From NCBI GenBank assembly GCA_964607015.1, contig CAZSHN010000001.1, positions 1-58,668 on the forward strand: a stretch of DNA of 58,668 nt, given 5' to 3'. This document shows, in pieces, positions 8,183 through 17,904 of the stretch; position 1 is the first letter of the stretch, and each line of letters begins with the position of its first letter. The notes under the pieces were generated by a model. The model was not told where the DNA came from. It was given only the letters and a program-made list of their open reading frames with translations, and searched no databases. This DNA comes from an uncultured Candidatus Saccharibacteria bacterium. Lineage in GTDB: Bacteria > Patescibacteriota > Minisyncoccia > Minisyncoccales > JAGGXC01. The position numbers and the translations under genes were made by a program.

Positions 8183-8458
8183 TTATTTTTTAATTTTAAA
8201 AGAATTAAATTCTCCTTCGTATTCTTTCCATTCTATTCGGAGATCATCAACTTTTGCCCAAGAAGGACCTTCCTTTGCCCATTTTATCAAACGAGCTAAA
8301 TTATTCTCTTCCCCTTCTGCTACAAATTCCACCCTACCATCTTCTAAATTTCTAACCCATCCAGTCAACTTTAAATGATTAGCTTCTTTTTTCGTGTTCG
8401 CTCTAAAAAACACTCCCTGAACCTTGCCTGAGACAAAAGCATGAATTCTCTTTTTCAT
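8183..8458 (-). CDS. acyP: Acylphosphatase
   Basis: 91 aa. VSGKVQGVFFRANTKKEANHLKLTGWVRNLEDGRVEFVAEGEE matches the acylphosphatase signatures (V.G.VQGV.FR ... G.V.N..DG.V). Confidence 0.9.
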   Translation of the reverse strand: MKKRIHAFVSGKVQGVFFRANTKKEANHLKLTGWVRNLEDGRVEFVAEGEENNLARLIKWAKEGPSWAKVDDLRIEWKEYEGEFNSFKIKK

Positions 8459-8463
8459 ACTAC

Positions 8464-9168
8464 TTAAAATCCAGAAAATTCACTTATTTTAGAAATAGGA
8501 ACAACAAAAGTACCATCCTGAGTAATACTTTTCATTCCTACTAAATTCCCTTTTAAATCAAACAGTGGGCTTCCGGCCAAGATATTTTCATCTGAAATAT
8601 TGGTTTCTATTTCTTCTCCTGTCACATATTTCAGAATTCCCTCGTTAACTATATTCTTCAATTCTAAATTATCAAGAAATGTTCCAAGAAAGAATACTCT
8701 CTGGCCAAGCTCAACATCACTACTATTTGCAAACCCAACCGTTGACCATTTATCGCCTTCAGCTTTTAGCAGAACAAGACCATCTTTTCTTTTAATAACT
8801 TCGGCAGCAACGCTTCTTTCTTTAGAAATTAAAGTTACCTCAGAATCCTGCGGAACTGCCTCTGACACAGTAAGAACTAATCCATCTGAAGTAACAACAA
8901 CTCCAGTTCCGTTAACTGTTCCACTTAGGTTTTTCGCCCTAATTAAAACTACAGCTTTGTCCAGCTTTTTGATAGCCTCCCGAAGAGCAACATTTTCTTC
9001 AATATGAATCTCTTTTTCTTCAGTAATATAAACTGGTCTTCGCTCTAAATCATATTCTAAAAAAAGAGGCCTCTCTATAAAATAAGGCCACAAAATCTGG
9101 TCAGAGAAAATACCACCTACTATCCCAGTTAAAAATACTCCAATGATTATAAGAAGATTTTTGGTCAT
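8464..9168 (-). CDS. Membrane-anchored trypsin-fold (S1C/HtrA-like) paralogue, probably not catalytic
   Basis: 234 aa with an N-terminal TM. It aligns by eye with the protease domain of the HtrA at 11918..13150 (GTGVVVTSDGLVLTVSEAV vs GSGFIISKDGIVLTNKHVV; ILAGSPLFDLKGNLVGM vs GNSGGPLLNLKGEVIGI). His appears replaced by Glu and the nucleophile Ser by Ala. Confidence 0.6.
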   Translation of the reverse strand: MTKNLLIIIGVFLTGIVGGIFSDQILWPYFIERPLFLEYDLERRPVYITEEKEIHIEENVALREAIKKLDKAVVLIRAKNLSGTVNGTGVVVTSDGLVLTVSEAVPQDSEVTLISKERSVAAEVIKRKDGLVLLKAEGDKWSTVGFANSSDVELGQRVFFLGTFLDNLELKNIVNEGILKYVTGEEIETNISDENILAGSPLFDLKGNLVGMKSITQDGTFVVPISKISEFSGF

Positions 9169-9186
9169 TCCAAATATTTAATTAAT

Positions 9187-11877
9187 TTATTTATTTGCAG
9201 TAACTTTTTCTTTGTCTTTTATCTTCAAAATTTCCTTTGGTCCTTTGAAAGTAATTTCTCCTTTTTCTGCTCCAACGAATATCTGATCTCCTTCTTTAAT
9301 CTCTCTGGAGACTATTTTAAGGGCAAGAGGATCTAATACTTCTTGTTGAATTACTCTTTTAAGCGGCCTTGCTCCCAGATTAGGATCAAAACCTTTTTTG
9401 GCCAATAATTTCTTTGCTTCACTAGAAATCTTAAGCTTGAGGCTTTTCCTTTTTAATCTTTCTTTAACTTTCCTCAACTCAAGAGTAACAATTTTACTAA
9501 TTTCTTGCTTCCCTAAATAGTTAAAGATAACAATTTCATCAATCCTGTTTACAAATTCAGGGCGGAATTCTTTCTTTAAAGCCTCGGAAACCTTCTCTCT
9601 TAATTTTTCTTGACCTCCCTTGAAATCATCCTTGCCAAAACCAAGGCTGCTCATTTCTTTAATATTTTCGGAACCAACATTAGAAGTCATGATTAAAATA
9701 CAATTCTTAAAAGAAGCGGTTCTTCCTTTAGCATCAGTCAATCTTCCATCTTCTAATATTTGGAGAAGAATATTAAATACTTCTGGATGAGCTTTTTCAA
9801 TTTCATCTAAAAGAATAACTGAATAAGGTCTTCTTCTGATCTTGTCTGTTAATTGACCTCCTTCGTCATGACCGACATAACCAGGAGGAGAACCAATCAT
9901 TTTAGAGATAGCGTGCTTCTCCATGTACTCAGACATGTCCAATCTTACCAAGGCAGCCTCATCATTAAATAAAAATTCAGCCAAAGCTCTAGCAGTTTCT
10001 GTTTTACCTACTCCAGTAGGACCAAGAAACATAAAAGAACCTAATGGTTTATCTTCTTCTGAAATACCAGCTCGAGACCTGCGAATTGCCGAAGAGACTG
10101 CTTTAATTGCTTTCTCCTGACCAATAACTCTTTTCTTCAAAATCTTTTCCATCTTGGTTAATTTTTGAGCTTCGCTTTCCATCAGCTTGGTAACTGGAAC
10201 GCCAGTCCAGCGAGAAATAACTCTTGCAATATCTTCTTCGGTAACTTCTTGTTTTAATAAGCGATGTTTTTTCTGAACTTTAACCAATTTCCTCTCAGCA
10301 GAACTCAATTCTTTTTCTAATTCAGGTAATTTCCCATATTTTATCTCAGCTATTTTCTGAAGATCAGTGATCTGACCCATCTCAAGCTGAGAAGAAAGAG
10401 AATCTATTTTTTTCTTTGAGTCTTTAATTTTAGAAATCAACTCCTTCTCTACTCTCCATTTTGCTTCAATCTCTTCTGCTTTCTCTTTTAAATCAGCTAA
10501 ACTTCTTTTTACTGCCTTACATCTTCTCTTTGCCTTACTTTCTTTTTCATTTTTCAAGGCTTCTTTTTCAATCTCAAGCTTATTAATTTCCTGTTTTAAT
10601 TCATCTAACTCAGCGGGCTCTGATTCAATTTCAAGTCGAAGGCCGGAAGCAGCTTCATCCATTAAATCAACTGCTTTGTCTGGCAAGAACCTTCCTGCAA
10701 TATAGCGACGAGATAATTCTGCAGCTGCTATTAACGCTGAGTCTCTAATTTTAACTCCATGATGCACTTCATATTTTTCTTTCAAACCTCTCAAGATAGC
10801 CACTGCATCTTCAACAGAAGGCTCTGAAACATAGATTGGCTGAAACCTTCTTTCTAACGCTCCGTCCTTTTCAATATATTTCTGGTATTCTTTAGAAGTT
10901 GTAGCTCCAACTGCTCTTAATTCTCCTCTTGCTAAAGCAGGTTTAAGAAGATTGGAAGCATCTACTGCCCCTTCTGCTTTTCCTGCACCAACTAATGTAT
11001 GAAGCTCGTCAATGAAAAGAATATATTTATCTTTTGCTTTTCTAAGCTCTTTCAAAAAAACTTTAATTCTATTTTCAAATTCTCCTCTGAATTTGGTTCC
11101 CGCTACTAGAGCACCAATATCCAGAGAAATAAGTTGTTTATTTTTTAAACTTTCAGGAACAGACCCTTTTACTATTCTTTGAGCCAATCCTTCTACAATA
11201 GCAGTTTTTCCCACTCCTGCTTCTCCAATTAAAACAGGATTGTTTTTTGTTCTTCTTGATAATACCTGCATTAATCTTCTAATCTCTGACTCTCTTCCAA
11301 TGACTGGATCTAGTTTTTGCGCTTTAGCTTCTTTTGTTAAATTACGAGCATATTTTTCAATAACCTGATATTTTGATTCAGGATTAGGGTCAGTAATTTT
11401 CTGACCTCCTCTTATCTTTTTTAATGTTTCTAAAATGGAATCATAATCAAGCTCGTCGAAACTTAATCCTTCTCCAACTAACTTAGTTTTCTTTAAAACC
11501 TCTCCCGCCTTATTATCAAGCTGAACTAAAGCTAACAATAAATGTTCTACTGAAACATACTCATCCCCCATTTTCATCGCCTCTTGTCTTGCTTTTTCTA
11601 GAACACTGCCCATGTCTTGAGTTAAATAAAATTGTCCGATTCCCTGCGGCTTTGAGGATTGAGGAATATTTTCAACAGCTTTTTTGGTTCTTCTTTTTAA
11701 ATCTTCAACATCTACCCCTATCTCTTGAAAAGTAGTTAAAACTATTCCGCTTTTTTGAGAAAGTAACGCCAAAAGCAAATGCAAAGCATCTACTTGCTGA
11801 TGATTTTTCTTCTGAGCAATAGCACGAGCTTTCAATATCGCTTGTTGAGTTTTGTGAGTAAAATTAGAACCGTTCAT
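9187..11877 (-). CDS. clpB: ClpB disaggregase (two AAA+ modules with a middle coiled coil)
   Basis: 896 aa. It has a Clp-N repeat and two Walker A motifs ([15 protein letters not shown] and [15 protein letters not shown]). A long coiled-coil M-domain separates the two AAA+ modules, and the C-terminus has [10 protein letters not shown]. Confidence 0.95.
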   Translation of the reverse strand: MNGSNFTHKTQQAILKARAIAQKKNHQQVDALHLLLALLSQKSGIVLTTFQEIGVDVEDLKRRTKKAVENIPQSSKPQGIGQFYLTQDMGSVLEKARQEAMKMGDEYVSVEHLLLALVQLDNKAGEVLKKTKLVGEGLSFDELDYDSILETLKKIRGGQKITDPNPESKYQVIEKYARNLTKEAKAQKLDPVIGRESEIRRLMQVLSRRTKNNPVLIGEAGVGKTAIVEGLAQRIVKGSVPESLKNKQLISLDIGALVAGTKFRGEFENRIKVFLKELRKAKDKYILFIDELHTLVGAGKAEGAVDASNLLKPALARGELRAVGATTSKEYQKYIEKDGALERRFQPIYVSEPSVEDAVAILRGLKEKYEVHHGVKIRDSALIAAAELSRRYIAGRFLPDKAVDLMDEAASGLRLEIESEPAELDELKQEINKLEIEKEALKNEKESKAKRRCKAVKRSLADLKEKAEEIEAKWRVEKELISKIKDSKKKIDSLSSQLEMGQITDLQKIAEIKYGKLPELEKELSSAERKLVKVQKKHRLLKQEVTEEDIARVISRWTGVPVTKLMESEAQKLTKMEKILKKRVIGQEKAIKAVSSAIRRSRAGISEEDKPLGSFMFLGPTGVGKTETARALAEFLFNDEAALVRLDMSEYMEKHAISKMIGSPPGYVGHDEGGQLTDKIRRRPYSVILLDEIEKAHPEVFNILLQILEDGRLTDAKGRTASFKNCILIMTSNVGSENIKEMSSLGFGKDDFKGGQEKLREKVSEALKKEFRPEFVNRIDEIVIFNYLGKQEISKIVTLELRKVKERLKRKSLKLKISSEAKKLLAKKGFDPNLGARPLKRVIQQEVLDPLALKIVSREIKEGDQIFVGAEKGEITFKGPKEILKIKDKEKVTANK

Positions 11878-11917
11878 AGTAATTACTTATTAACAAAATG
11901 AAGAACAAAGTCAAGCT

Positions 11918-13150
11918 TTACCTTTCTGCTAAAGTCACCTCTAAAATTTGCTCTTCTTCATCTCTTAAAATTTTCAATTCTACTTTATCTCCTGGATTAT
12001 AATCTAAAATTACTTCTGATAAAGGATTATCTGCAGCAATCTTTTGATCGTCAAACTGAAGAATAATATCATTTTGTCTTAACCCCACTTCTTCTGCTGG
12101 AGAATCAGAAAAGATTGGATCATCAATCAATTCTCCCTTTTTGTTTCTCCCAACCCAAGCTCCATAATCTACTGAAAGATCATATTCTTCTTTTAATTCT
12201 TCTGTTACAGGAGTGTAGTAGATTCCCAGGAAAGGATAACTAATTTCTCCTTTTTCTTTTACCTGTTCAATATCTCTTTTTGCTTTATTAATCGGAATAG
12301 CAAAGCTAATGTTTTGAGCTTCTAAAACTGTAGCAGTATTAATTCCAATCACTTCTCCTTTCAAGTTAAGCAAAGGACCACCTGAGTTTCCCTTATTAAT
12401 AGCTGCGTCTGTCTGAATAACATCTTCTATCGTTTCTACCATTCCTCCACCAGAAGCAGTCACCGCCCTTCCAAGACCAGAGATAACTCCTACAGAAACT
12501 GTATTTCTAAATTCAGATAAAGCGTTCCCGATAGCTACGACTGTTTGCCCAATTTTTAACTTAGAAGAATCTCCAAACTCTACAACTGGAAACTCTTTGT
12601 CAGACTCTTTAATTTGCAAAACTGCCAGATCTTGAATAGGATCTCTTGCTAAAACTTCTGTCGGAAACTTTTCTCCGTCTTTAGTAAAAACAGTATATTC
12701 AGCATCTTCATCCACAACCACATGTTTGTTTGTTAAAACTATCCCATCTTTTGAGATAATAAATCCGGACCCTCCTCCTACTTCTCTTTTCTCAGTTCCT
12801 TCTTCTCGATATTGAGGTATTTCAATATCAAGCCCTTCTCCAAAAGGGTTAATATAATATCTTTCAACAACCGGAACGTCCTTGGTAATTATAATACTGA
12901 CTACAGCAGGAGAAACTTTTTCTACTACTTCAATTACAGCTTGCTCTTGAGGAACGACAGGAGAATAATCTTCTCCTTCCTGATCGTCACCAGAAATATC
13001 AGGAAAATCAACTCCTAAATTAGAAAGGCTTTCTTTTATTTCTAAATAATAATAATTACTAGAAATAGCCCCAGCAAAGAAGCCAAACAAAGAAGAAATT
13101 AAAGCAACTATCACAATAATTATTAAAATTTTCCTCATTTCTTTTGGCAT
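11918..13150 (-). CDS. htrA: HtrA/DegP-family serine protease with a C-terminal PDZ domain
   Basis: 410 aa with a TM anchor. The catalytic triad context is intact (LTNKHVV, DLAVLQI, GNSGGPLLN). The PDZ-like tail is GAWVG...SPAEEVGLRQNDIILQFDDQKI. Confidence 0.9.
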   Translation of the reverse strand: MPKEMRKILIIIVIVALISSLFGFFAGAISSNYYYLEIKESLSNLGVDFPDISGDDQEGEDYSPVVPQEQAVIEVVEKVSPAVVSIIITKDVPVVERYYINPFGEGLDIEIPQYREEGTEKREVGGGSGFIISKDGIVLTNKHVVVDEDAEYTVFTKDGEKFPTEVLARDPIQDLAVLQIKESDKEFPVVEFGDSSKLKIGQTVVAIGNALSEFRNTVSVGVISGLGRAVTASGGGMVETIEDVIQTDAAINKGNSGGPLLNLKGEVIGINTATVLEAQNISFAIPINKAKRDIEQVKEKGEISYPFLGIYYTPVTEELKEEYDLSVDYGAWVGRNKKGELIDDPIFSDSPAEEVGLRQNDIILQFDDQKIAADNPLSEVILDYNPGDKVELKILRDEEEQILEVTLAER

Positions 13151-13230
13151 GATTCTTTAATATTAAGAGTTAAAGCTATTACTATTTTATCAATTTTGAC
13201 CTTAAAATCAATTTTTTTAAAATAGCTCAA

Positions 13231-14223
13231 TTACAATTTTTTTGCTTCGTTCCAGATACCAGGCATTCCTTTTTCCTCTTTTAGCCAATACCACCATTCA
13301 ACCCCCCAAAGATAAAAATGATCAATTCCTGTCCTTCTCGCAAAACTAATATTTTCTTTAAACTTCTCTAAATCCATAGTTTCCTTATGTTCTTCAAAAG
13401 GCAAATAAGGAATAAGAGTTGAACCCCATGGCTCTGCCTGTAACTCTCCACAAATAACCTCCTTGTCAAAAACCTTATCTATAATCTGGGCTTTCCGCCA
13501 ATAAAAGACAGGAGGAAAGGGATATTTAACATAATTATTAAACTCATTAAACCAAACCTTCCTATAAAGACTAAAACTAACTATGTCCCCTATCCTTGCC
13601 ACCTTAAACCAAAATCTGTTTGAGCCAGAATCGCTTATAATTATCGGACGATCTTCTTGATCAAGAAATCTAACTAACTCAACCTCTTTTCTCAAAAAAT
13701 CTTCTGTTATTTCTGGACATTCTCCAAAACTAAAGAAAGGTTCATTTTCAATTTGCCAGGCCCAAATAGAATCACTATCCCTGTATCTTAAAACAGTTTC
13801 TTCAATCACATCTAATACAGCTTGCTCCTGTTCTTTCTTGTCCAACCTTTCTGCCCATTCTGGAATATGACACTCCGGCCAACGAGGAACTTTTCTTCCT
13901 AAAGTAAAAACTAATTGAGCGTCTCTTTTCTCTGCTTCTTCAATCTGGAAATCAAGATCGTTGAAATAATAATTATTATCCTGAGGCTCGATCAGGTCCC
14001 AATAAGCAATAATTTTTAAATGATCAATTTTAAGATCATCTAAAATAGCTAAATAATTCTCTTTCCAATCTAGTCCCAAATCCTGGGATTGTTTCTGAGA
14101 AAAGGCAACTCCCCAAATAATACTTTCTGAAACAGGAGCCTTTCCAATAAAAAGCCAGGCAAAAAAGAGCAAAATAATAATTCCAATAATCCCAAGAAAT
14201 AATTTAATTTTGCTTTTAAACAT
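13231..14223 (-). CDS. Membrane-anchored clan GH-A (TIM-barrel) glycoside hydrolase
   Basis: 330 aa with an N-terminal TM. LKIIAYWDLIEPQDNNYYFNDLDFQIEEAEKRDAQLVFTLG resembles the GH5/GH42 N-terminal block. WAWQIENEP carries the NEP acid/base motif of clan GH-A. Confidence 0.6.
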   Translation of the reverse strand: MFKSKIKLFLGIIGIIILLFFAWLFIGKAPVSESIIWGVAFSQKQSQDLGLDWKENYLAILDDLKIDHLKIIAYWDLIEPQDNNYYFNDLDFQIEEAEKRDAQLVFTLGRKVPRWPECHIPEWAERLDKKEQEQAVLDVIEETVLRYRDSDSIWAWQIENEPFFSFGECPEITEDFLRKEVELVRFLDQEDRPIIISDSGSNRFWFKVARIGDIVSFSLYRKVWFNEFNNYVKYPFPPVFYWRKAQIIDKVFDKEVICGELQAEPWGSTLIPYLPFEEHKETMDLEKFKENISFARRTGIDHFYLWGVEWWYWLKEEKGMPGIWNEAKKL

Positions 14224-14224
14224 A

Positions 14225-15211
14225 TTATAAAGCTAGAAAGGCCAAGCCCATTACTATAAACCAAACTGCTAATGTTTTTTGAGCTACAACTCTTCTAGAG
14301 ACTTCTTCCTTCAATATATGAGGAAATTTAAAGAAAAAGATAAAAGCAAGGAAGATCAAGAATATATATTGAATACCAGACAAGGCATTAATTATTGGAA
14401 GAAAGATAGCCGGCGCTAAAAAGATTGCTCCATTTTGTAGAACTGTAGCTAGGGCAGCAGAGACTTTCCCAAAAAAGAAAGGATAAGCTACTTTCTTTAC
14501 TGTAAAACTTCTCTTGCCACTAAAGACCTTGCTTCTTACCTCAGCAGAGAAAAAGAAAACAAGAGCGGCAAGAAAAGTTCCAATTCTAATCCAAATAAAA
14601 CCAGTCCAGAATGGCAAGAAATTATAAACCATTTTAATAAGAACAAAAGCCAAGCCAAAGAAAAGAGAGGCAAAGAAAGCCATTTTAAGACTTCTCAGAG
14701 TAGCTCCTTTTTTCTCTTGGAGACTCAAGGCAATACTTCCTAGTATTAAAAATGCTAAAGCAAGAAAATTATAAAAAGTTAATGTTTCTTTTTCGAAACC
14801 AAGGTCCAAAGGAGCAAAAGTGAAGAGATAAATAAAACTTAAGGTAAACAAAGGAATGATTGCTCCAACGATCGGACCAATTCTTGAAACTTCAAACTCA
14901 ATAACTCCTTTGTAGTATAAATATAGGGCAAAAAGGAAAATGCTTCCTGCGATAAAACTTAAAATAATCAAAGGAAGGCTTGGAAGAAAAACAACCTCCG
15001 AAGGATCAGGAAAAATTCTTTGCAAGGGAGACAAAAAACCAAAAGAAACCAAGGATCCAATTGGGACCAAAACAAGAACAGCTAGAGAGAACGCTCCCGT
15101 ATAAAAAGAATACATTTTAGGAGATGGCAAAGGACCTCCTAAAATATACTTATCTAGAAAAGCAGATACCGCTAAAAGAATATAACTTAAAATTGCTAAA
15201 GTAATCCACAT
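14225..15211 (-). CDS. Polytopic membrane protein (about 10 TM; EamA/DMT-like permease guess)
   Basis: 328 aa, hydrophobic throughout, with two similar halves. It sits between two glycosidase genes with 1-nt gaps. Confidence 0.45.
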   Translation of the reverse strand: MWITLAILSYILLAVSAFLDKYILGGPLPSPKMYSFYTGAFSLAVLVLVPIGSLVSFGFLSPLQRIFPDPSEVVFLPSLPLIILSFIAGSIFLFALYLYYKGVIEFEVSRIGPIVGAIIPLFTLSFIYLFTFAPLDLGFEKETLTFYNFLALAFLILGSIALSLQEKKGATLRSLKMAFFASLFFGLAFVLIKMVYNFLPFWTGFIWIRIGTFLAALVFFFSAEVRSKVFSGKRSFTVKKVAYPFFFGKVSAALATVLQNGAIFLAPAIFLPIINALSGIQYIFLIFLAFIFFFKFPHILKEEVSRRVVAQKTLAVWFIVMGLAFLAL

Positions 15212-15212
15212 A

Positions 15213-16379
15213 CTAAATTTCTAATTTATTTTTCTTACAAATATCAGCATAATAAAACGCACTGGGACGAGGAATTCTTGCCATAGTATCATAATCAATC
15301 TCTACCAGACCAAACCTCGGCCAAAAACCTTTATCCCACTCCAAATTGTCCATTAAAGACCAATGCATGTAACCTCTGACATCTACTCCCTCCTCTATTG
15401 CTTTATGGACCCATTTCAAATGATCTTTAATAAACTTCTTCCTATTTTTATCTTCCGCATCGGCCAATCCATTCTCTGTAATATAGATTGGTTTTTTAAG
15501 AAAAGAGGCATCCTTCAGAACTTGATATATTCCCTCGGGATAAATCTCCCAACCTAAATCAGAAATAATTTTCTCTTTTGGTTTTTCTTCTTTTTTAAGC
15601 CAATTAAGTTTTATCCCCCTTCGAAAGTAGTAATTTAAACCAATAAAGTCCATGCAATCTTCTGTCTTTCTTAAAAAATAATCATTCCAAAAATAATCAG
15701 AAACACCTGCCAAAAAACCATTCACTGATCTTCCCTTGTAAGGATCAAAGAAAATATTGTGCTTAGAGATAGAAACCTTATTTTCTTCATCAGAACTCTT
15801 AATCACTGAATAGCTCTTATTATGAGCTTTAATTAAATTCCTAATTACTTTAAAGGTTTTCAAGAAACTCCTTTTTTGAGGCGGCCATTTTTTCTTAAGA
15901 TAAGAATTACCAGCATATACTAGTGGCTCATTAAGGGTTATCCAAAAATCAGAGTATCTTCCAAGTTCTTTTATTACCCTCTTAGCATAATTTAAAAAGT
16001 AATCTGATGATTTGGAATTAACCCATCCCCCTTTTTCTGCGAACCAAACAGGGACAGTCCAGTGATTTAAAGTAACGAAAGGAATAATTCCTCTTTCTCT
16101 CAAAGCTATTAATACTTTTTTGTAATGATCTATTTCTTTTTGATCAAACTCTCCTTCTTTAGGTTCTATTCTTGACCATTCAAGAGAAAAACGAAAAGCA
16201 TTTTGGTTTAATCTTTTAACTAAATCAAAATCATCTTCATATCTATTATAATGATCGCAAGCTTTTCCTGCCGGAAAAAAATAAGACCAATCACAATTAT
16301 CTATCCCTCCTTCTGTTTGATAGGAAGAGATAGAAGAACCCCATAAAAAACCTTTTGGAAAAGTTAAAAATTCCTCCAT
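15213..16379 (-). CDS. GH1-family beta-glucosidase/beta-galactosidase
   Basis: 388 aa. FLWGSSISSYQTEGG is the N-terminal GH1 signature, TLNEP holds the acid/base Glu and YITENG the nucleophile Glu. Confidence 0.9.
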   Translation of the reverse strand: MEEFLTFPKGFLWGSSISSYQTEGGIDNCDWSYFFPAGKACDHYNRYEDDFDLVKRLNQNAFRFSLEWSRIEPKEGEFDQKEIDHYKKVLIALRERGIIPFVTLNHWTVPVWFAEKGGWVNSKSSDYFLNYAKRVIKELGRYSDFWITLNEPLVYAGNSYLKKKWPPQKRSFLKTFKVIRNLIKAHNKSYSVIKSSDEENKVSISKHNIFFDPYKGRSVNGFLAGVSDYFWNDYFLRKTEDCMDFIGLNYYFRRGIKLNWLKKEEKPKEKIISDLGWEIYPEGIYQVLKDASFLKKPIYITENGLADAEDKNRKKFIKDHLKWVHKAIEEGVDVRGYMHWSLMDNLEWDKGFWPRFGLVEIDYDTMARIPRPSAFYYADICKKNKLEI

Positions 16380-16405
16380 TATCTATTTATAATAACATAA
16401 TTATA

Positions 16406-17902
16406 TCAATAACTTAAAAACTTGATCTCCTTCTTTTCCCAGACCCACCACGCAGAAAGGAAAAGCAAAGAATAAGAAATAACAAGCAAGGATAAGGGCA
16501 TACTATTCATTTCAATAGAAGAAAAAGAAAGTTTATAAAAGTAATTAATAACAAAAACAATGTAAGTTAAAAACATCCAGCAAATCCAAGAAAGAATCCA
16601 TCCTAAAAAAGGAAACAAGAGGCCAGAAAGAACAAATAAAAAACCAATTCCAACTAAGAAAGGTAAAATAGGAAGAACTAAAATATTAGTAAAAATAGTA
16701 ACTAAAGAAAAACTACCAAAATGATAAATTAATAAAGGAAAAACAAAAAGTTGAGCAGAAACAGTCATAGAAATAATTTTAACCAAACCAAAAAAATTAT
16801 TATTTAAAACCTTCTTGATTTTTTTCTCAAAGAAAGAAGAAAAAACAACTATTCCCAACACTGCTAAAAAAGAAAGTTGAAAACCAACGTCATACCTTAA
16901 AAGCAAAGGATTGAAAGTTAAAATTCCTGCAGCAGTAAAAACAATCACTCTCAAAGAAGAAGAACTCCTTCCTATCCTTTGAGCTAGGAGAATGAAACCA
17001 ACCATAATCCCTGCTCGAACAGCCGAAGCAGGCATTCCAATCATTACAATAAAAAGAACTAGAAAAATAATTGTAAGATAAAAAGAATATTTTCTATGCA
17101 ATCCAATGCCAATCAAAAAACTCATCAAAACAGAGGAAATAATTACTATGTGCATTCCAGAAATAGCGGTAATGTGTCTTAACCCAGAGACACTTAGTTT
17201 ATCCTTTAAGCTTTCAGGCATTCTACTTTTATCTCCGAGAATTAAAGAACCTAAGATGTAACTTTGAGGAGGAGAAAGATTTCTATGAATTACCTTTCTC
17301 ATTTTATCCTTTAACAAATATATTTTAGCTAATAATAAACCTTCTTCTCCAGTTGATGCTTTCTCTACCTTCGGCCAATAAGAAACAGAGTAAATTCCTT
17401 CTTTGGCCAAATACTTTTCATAATCAAAATCATCAAAAACCGGAGGTTTCTTTATCTCCCCTTTTATTATAAGCTTATCTCCATAATTATAATCAGAATA
17501 ACGCCCAACAGTAATTAAAATCTTACCTTTTACTTTCTCGTCAAAAACTTTTACAACATCAACTTCTATCTTCGTATTATCTTCTCTAACATCAGGCTCA
17601 TCTGAAACCACTCCTTCTAAAATAACTTCTCCTTGATCGCTATATTTGTTCAGCCCACTTTCAGATATTTTCATTTCTTTTGCTTGATAAACTAGAACTC
17701 CTGTTAGAACGAAAATAAGGCAAAAAGAAAAAACAATTATCTTTCTTTTCTTTTTAAATAAATAAAGAATAAAGAATAAAAATATTAACGGAAAAATAAA
17801 AAATGCCAGCTTGGTTAACTGACTAACAGAAAGAAAAGAGCTTATTCCTATTCCGACTATAAAAGAAATGCAAAAGAAATAAGATATTTTAGAAAGACTC
17901 AT
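16406..17902 (-). CDS. comEC: ComEC/Rec2 DNA-uptake channel protein (no C-terminal metallo-beta-lactamase domain)
   Basis: 498 aa. An N-terminal OB-like DUF4131 region (ILEGVVSDEPDVREDNTKIEVDV) is followed by the polytopic competence domain with SGLRHITAISGMHIVII. The protein ends right after the membrane domain. Confidence 0.85.
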   Translation of the reverse strand: MSLSKISYFFCISFIVGIGISSFLSVSQLTKLAFFIFPLIFLFFILYLFKKKRKIIVFSFCLIFVLTGVLVYQAKEMKISESGLNKYSDQGEVILEGVVSDEPDVREDNTKIEVDVVKVFDEKVKGKILITVGRYSDYNYGDKLIIKGEIKKPPVFDDFDYEKYLAKEGIYSVSYWPKVEKASTGEEGLLLAKIYLLKDKMRKVIHRNLSPPQSYILGSLILGDKSRMPESLKDKLSVSGLRHITAISGMHIVIISSVLMSFLIGIGLHRKYSFYLTIIFLVLFIVMIGMPASAVRAGIMVGFILLAQRIGRSSSSLRVIVFTAAGILTFNPLLLRYDVGFQLSFLAVLGIVVFSSFFEKKIKKVLNNNFFGLVKIISMTVSAQLFVFPLLIYHFGSFSLVTIFTNILVLPILPFLVGIGFLFVLSGLLFPFLGWILSWICWMFLTYIVFVINYFYKLSFSSIEMNSMPLSLLVISYSLLFLSAWWVWEKKEIKFLSY

Positions 17903-17904
17903 TA

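Noticed and set aside
8600-9007. Antisense ORFs of 60-135 aa inside large genes (e.g. 8600..9007, 17921..18280, 20918..21247, 34136..34465, 47151..47468, 53588..53908)
   Set aside because: All lie opposite well-supported conserved genes, have low-complexity or S/L/F-rich products typical of shadow frames in AT-rich DNA, and lack start-site signals.
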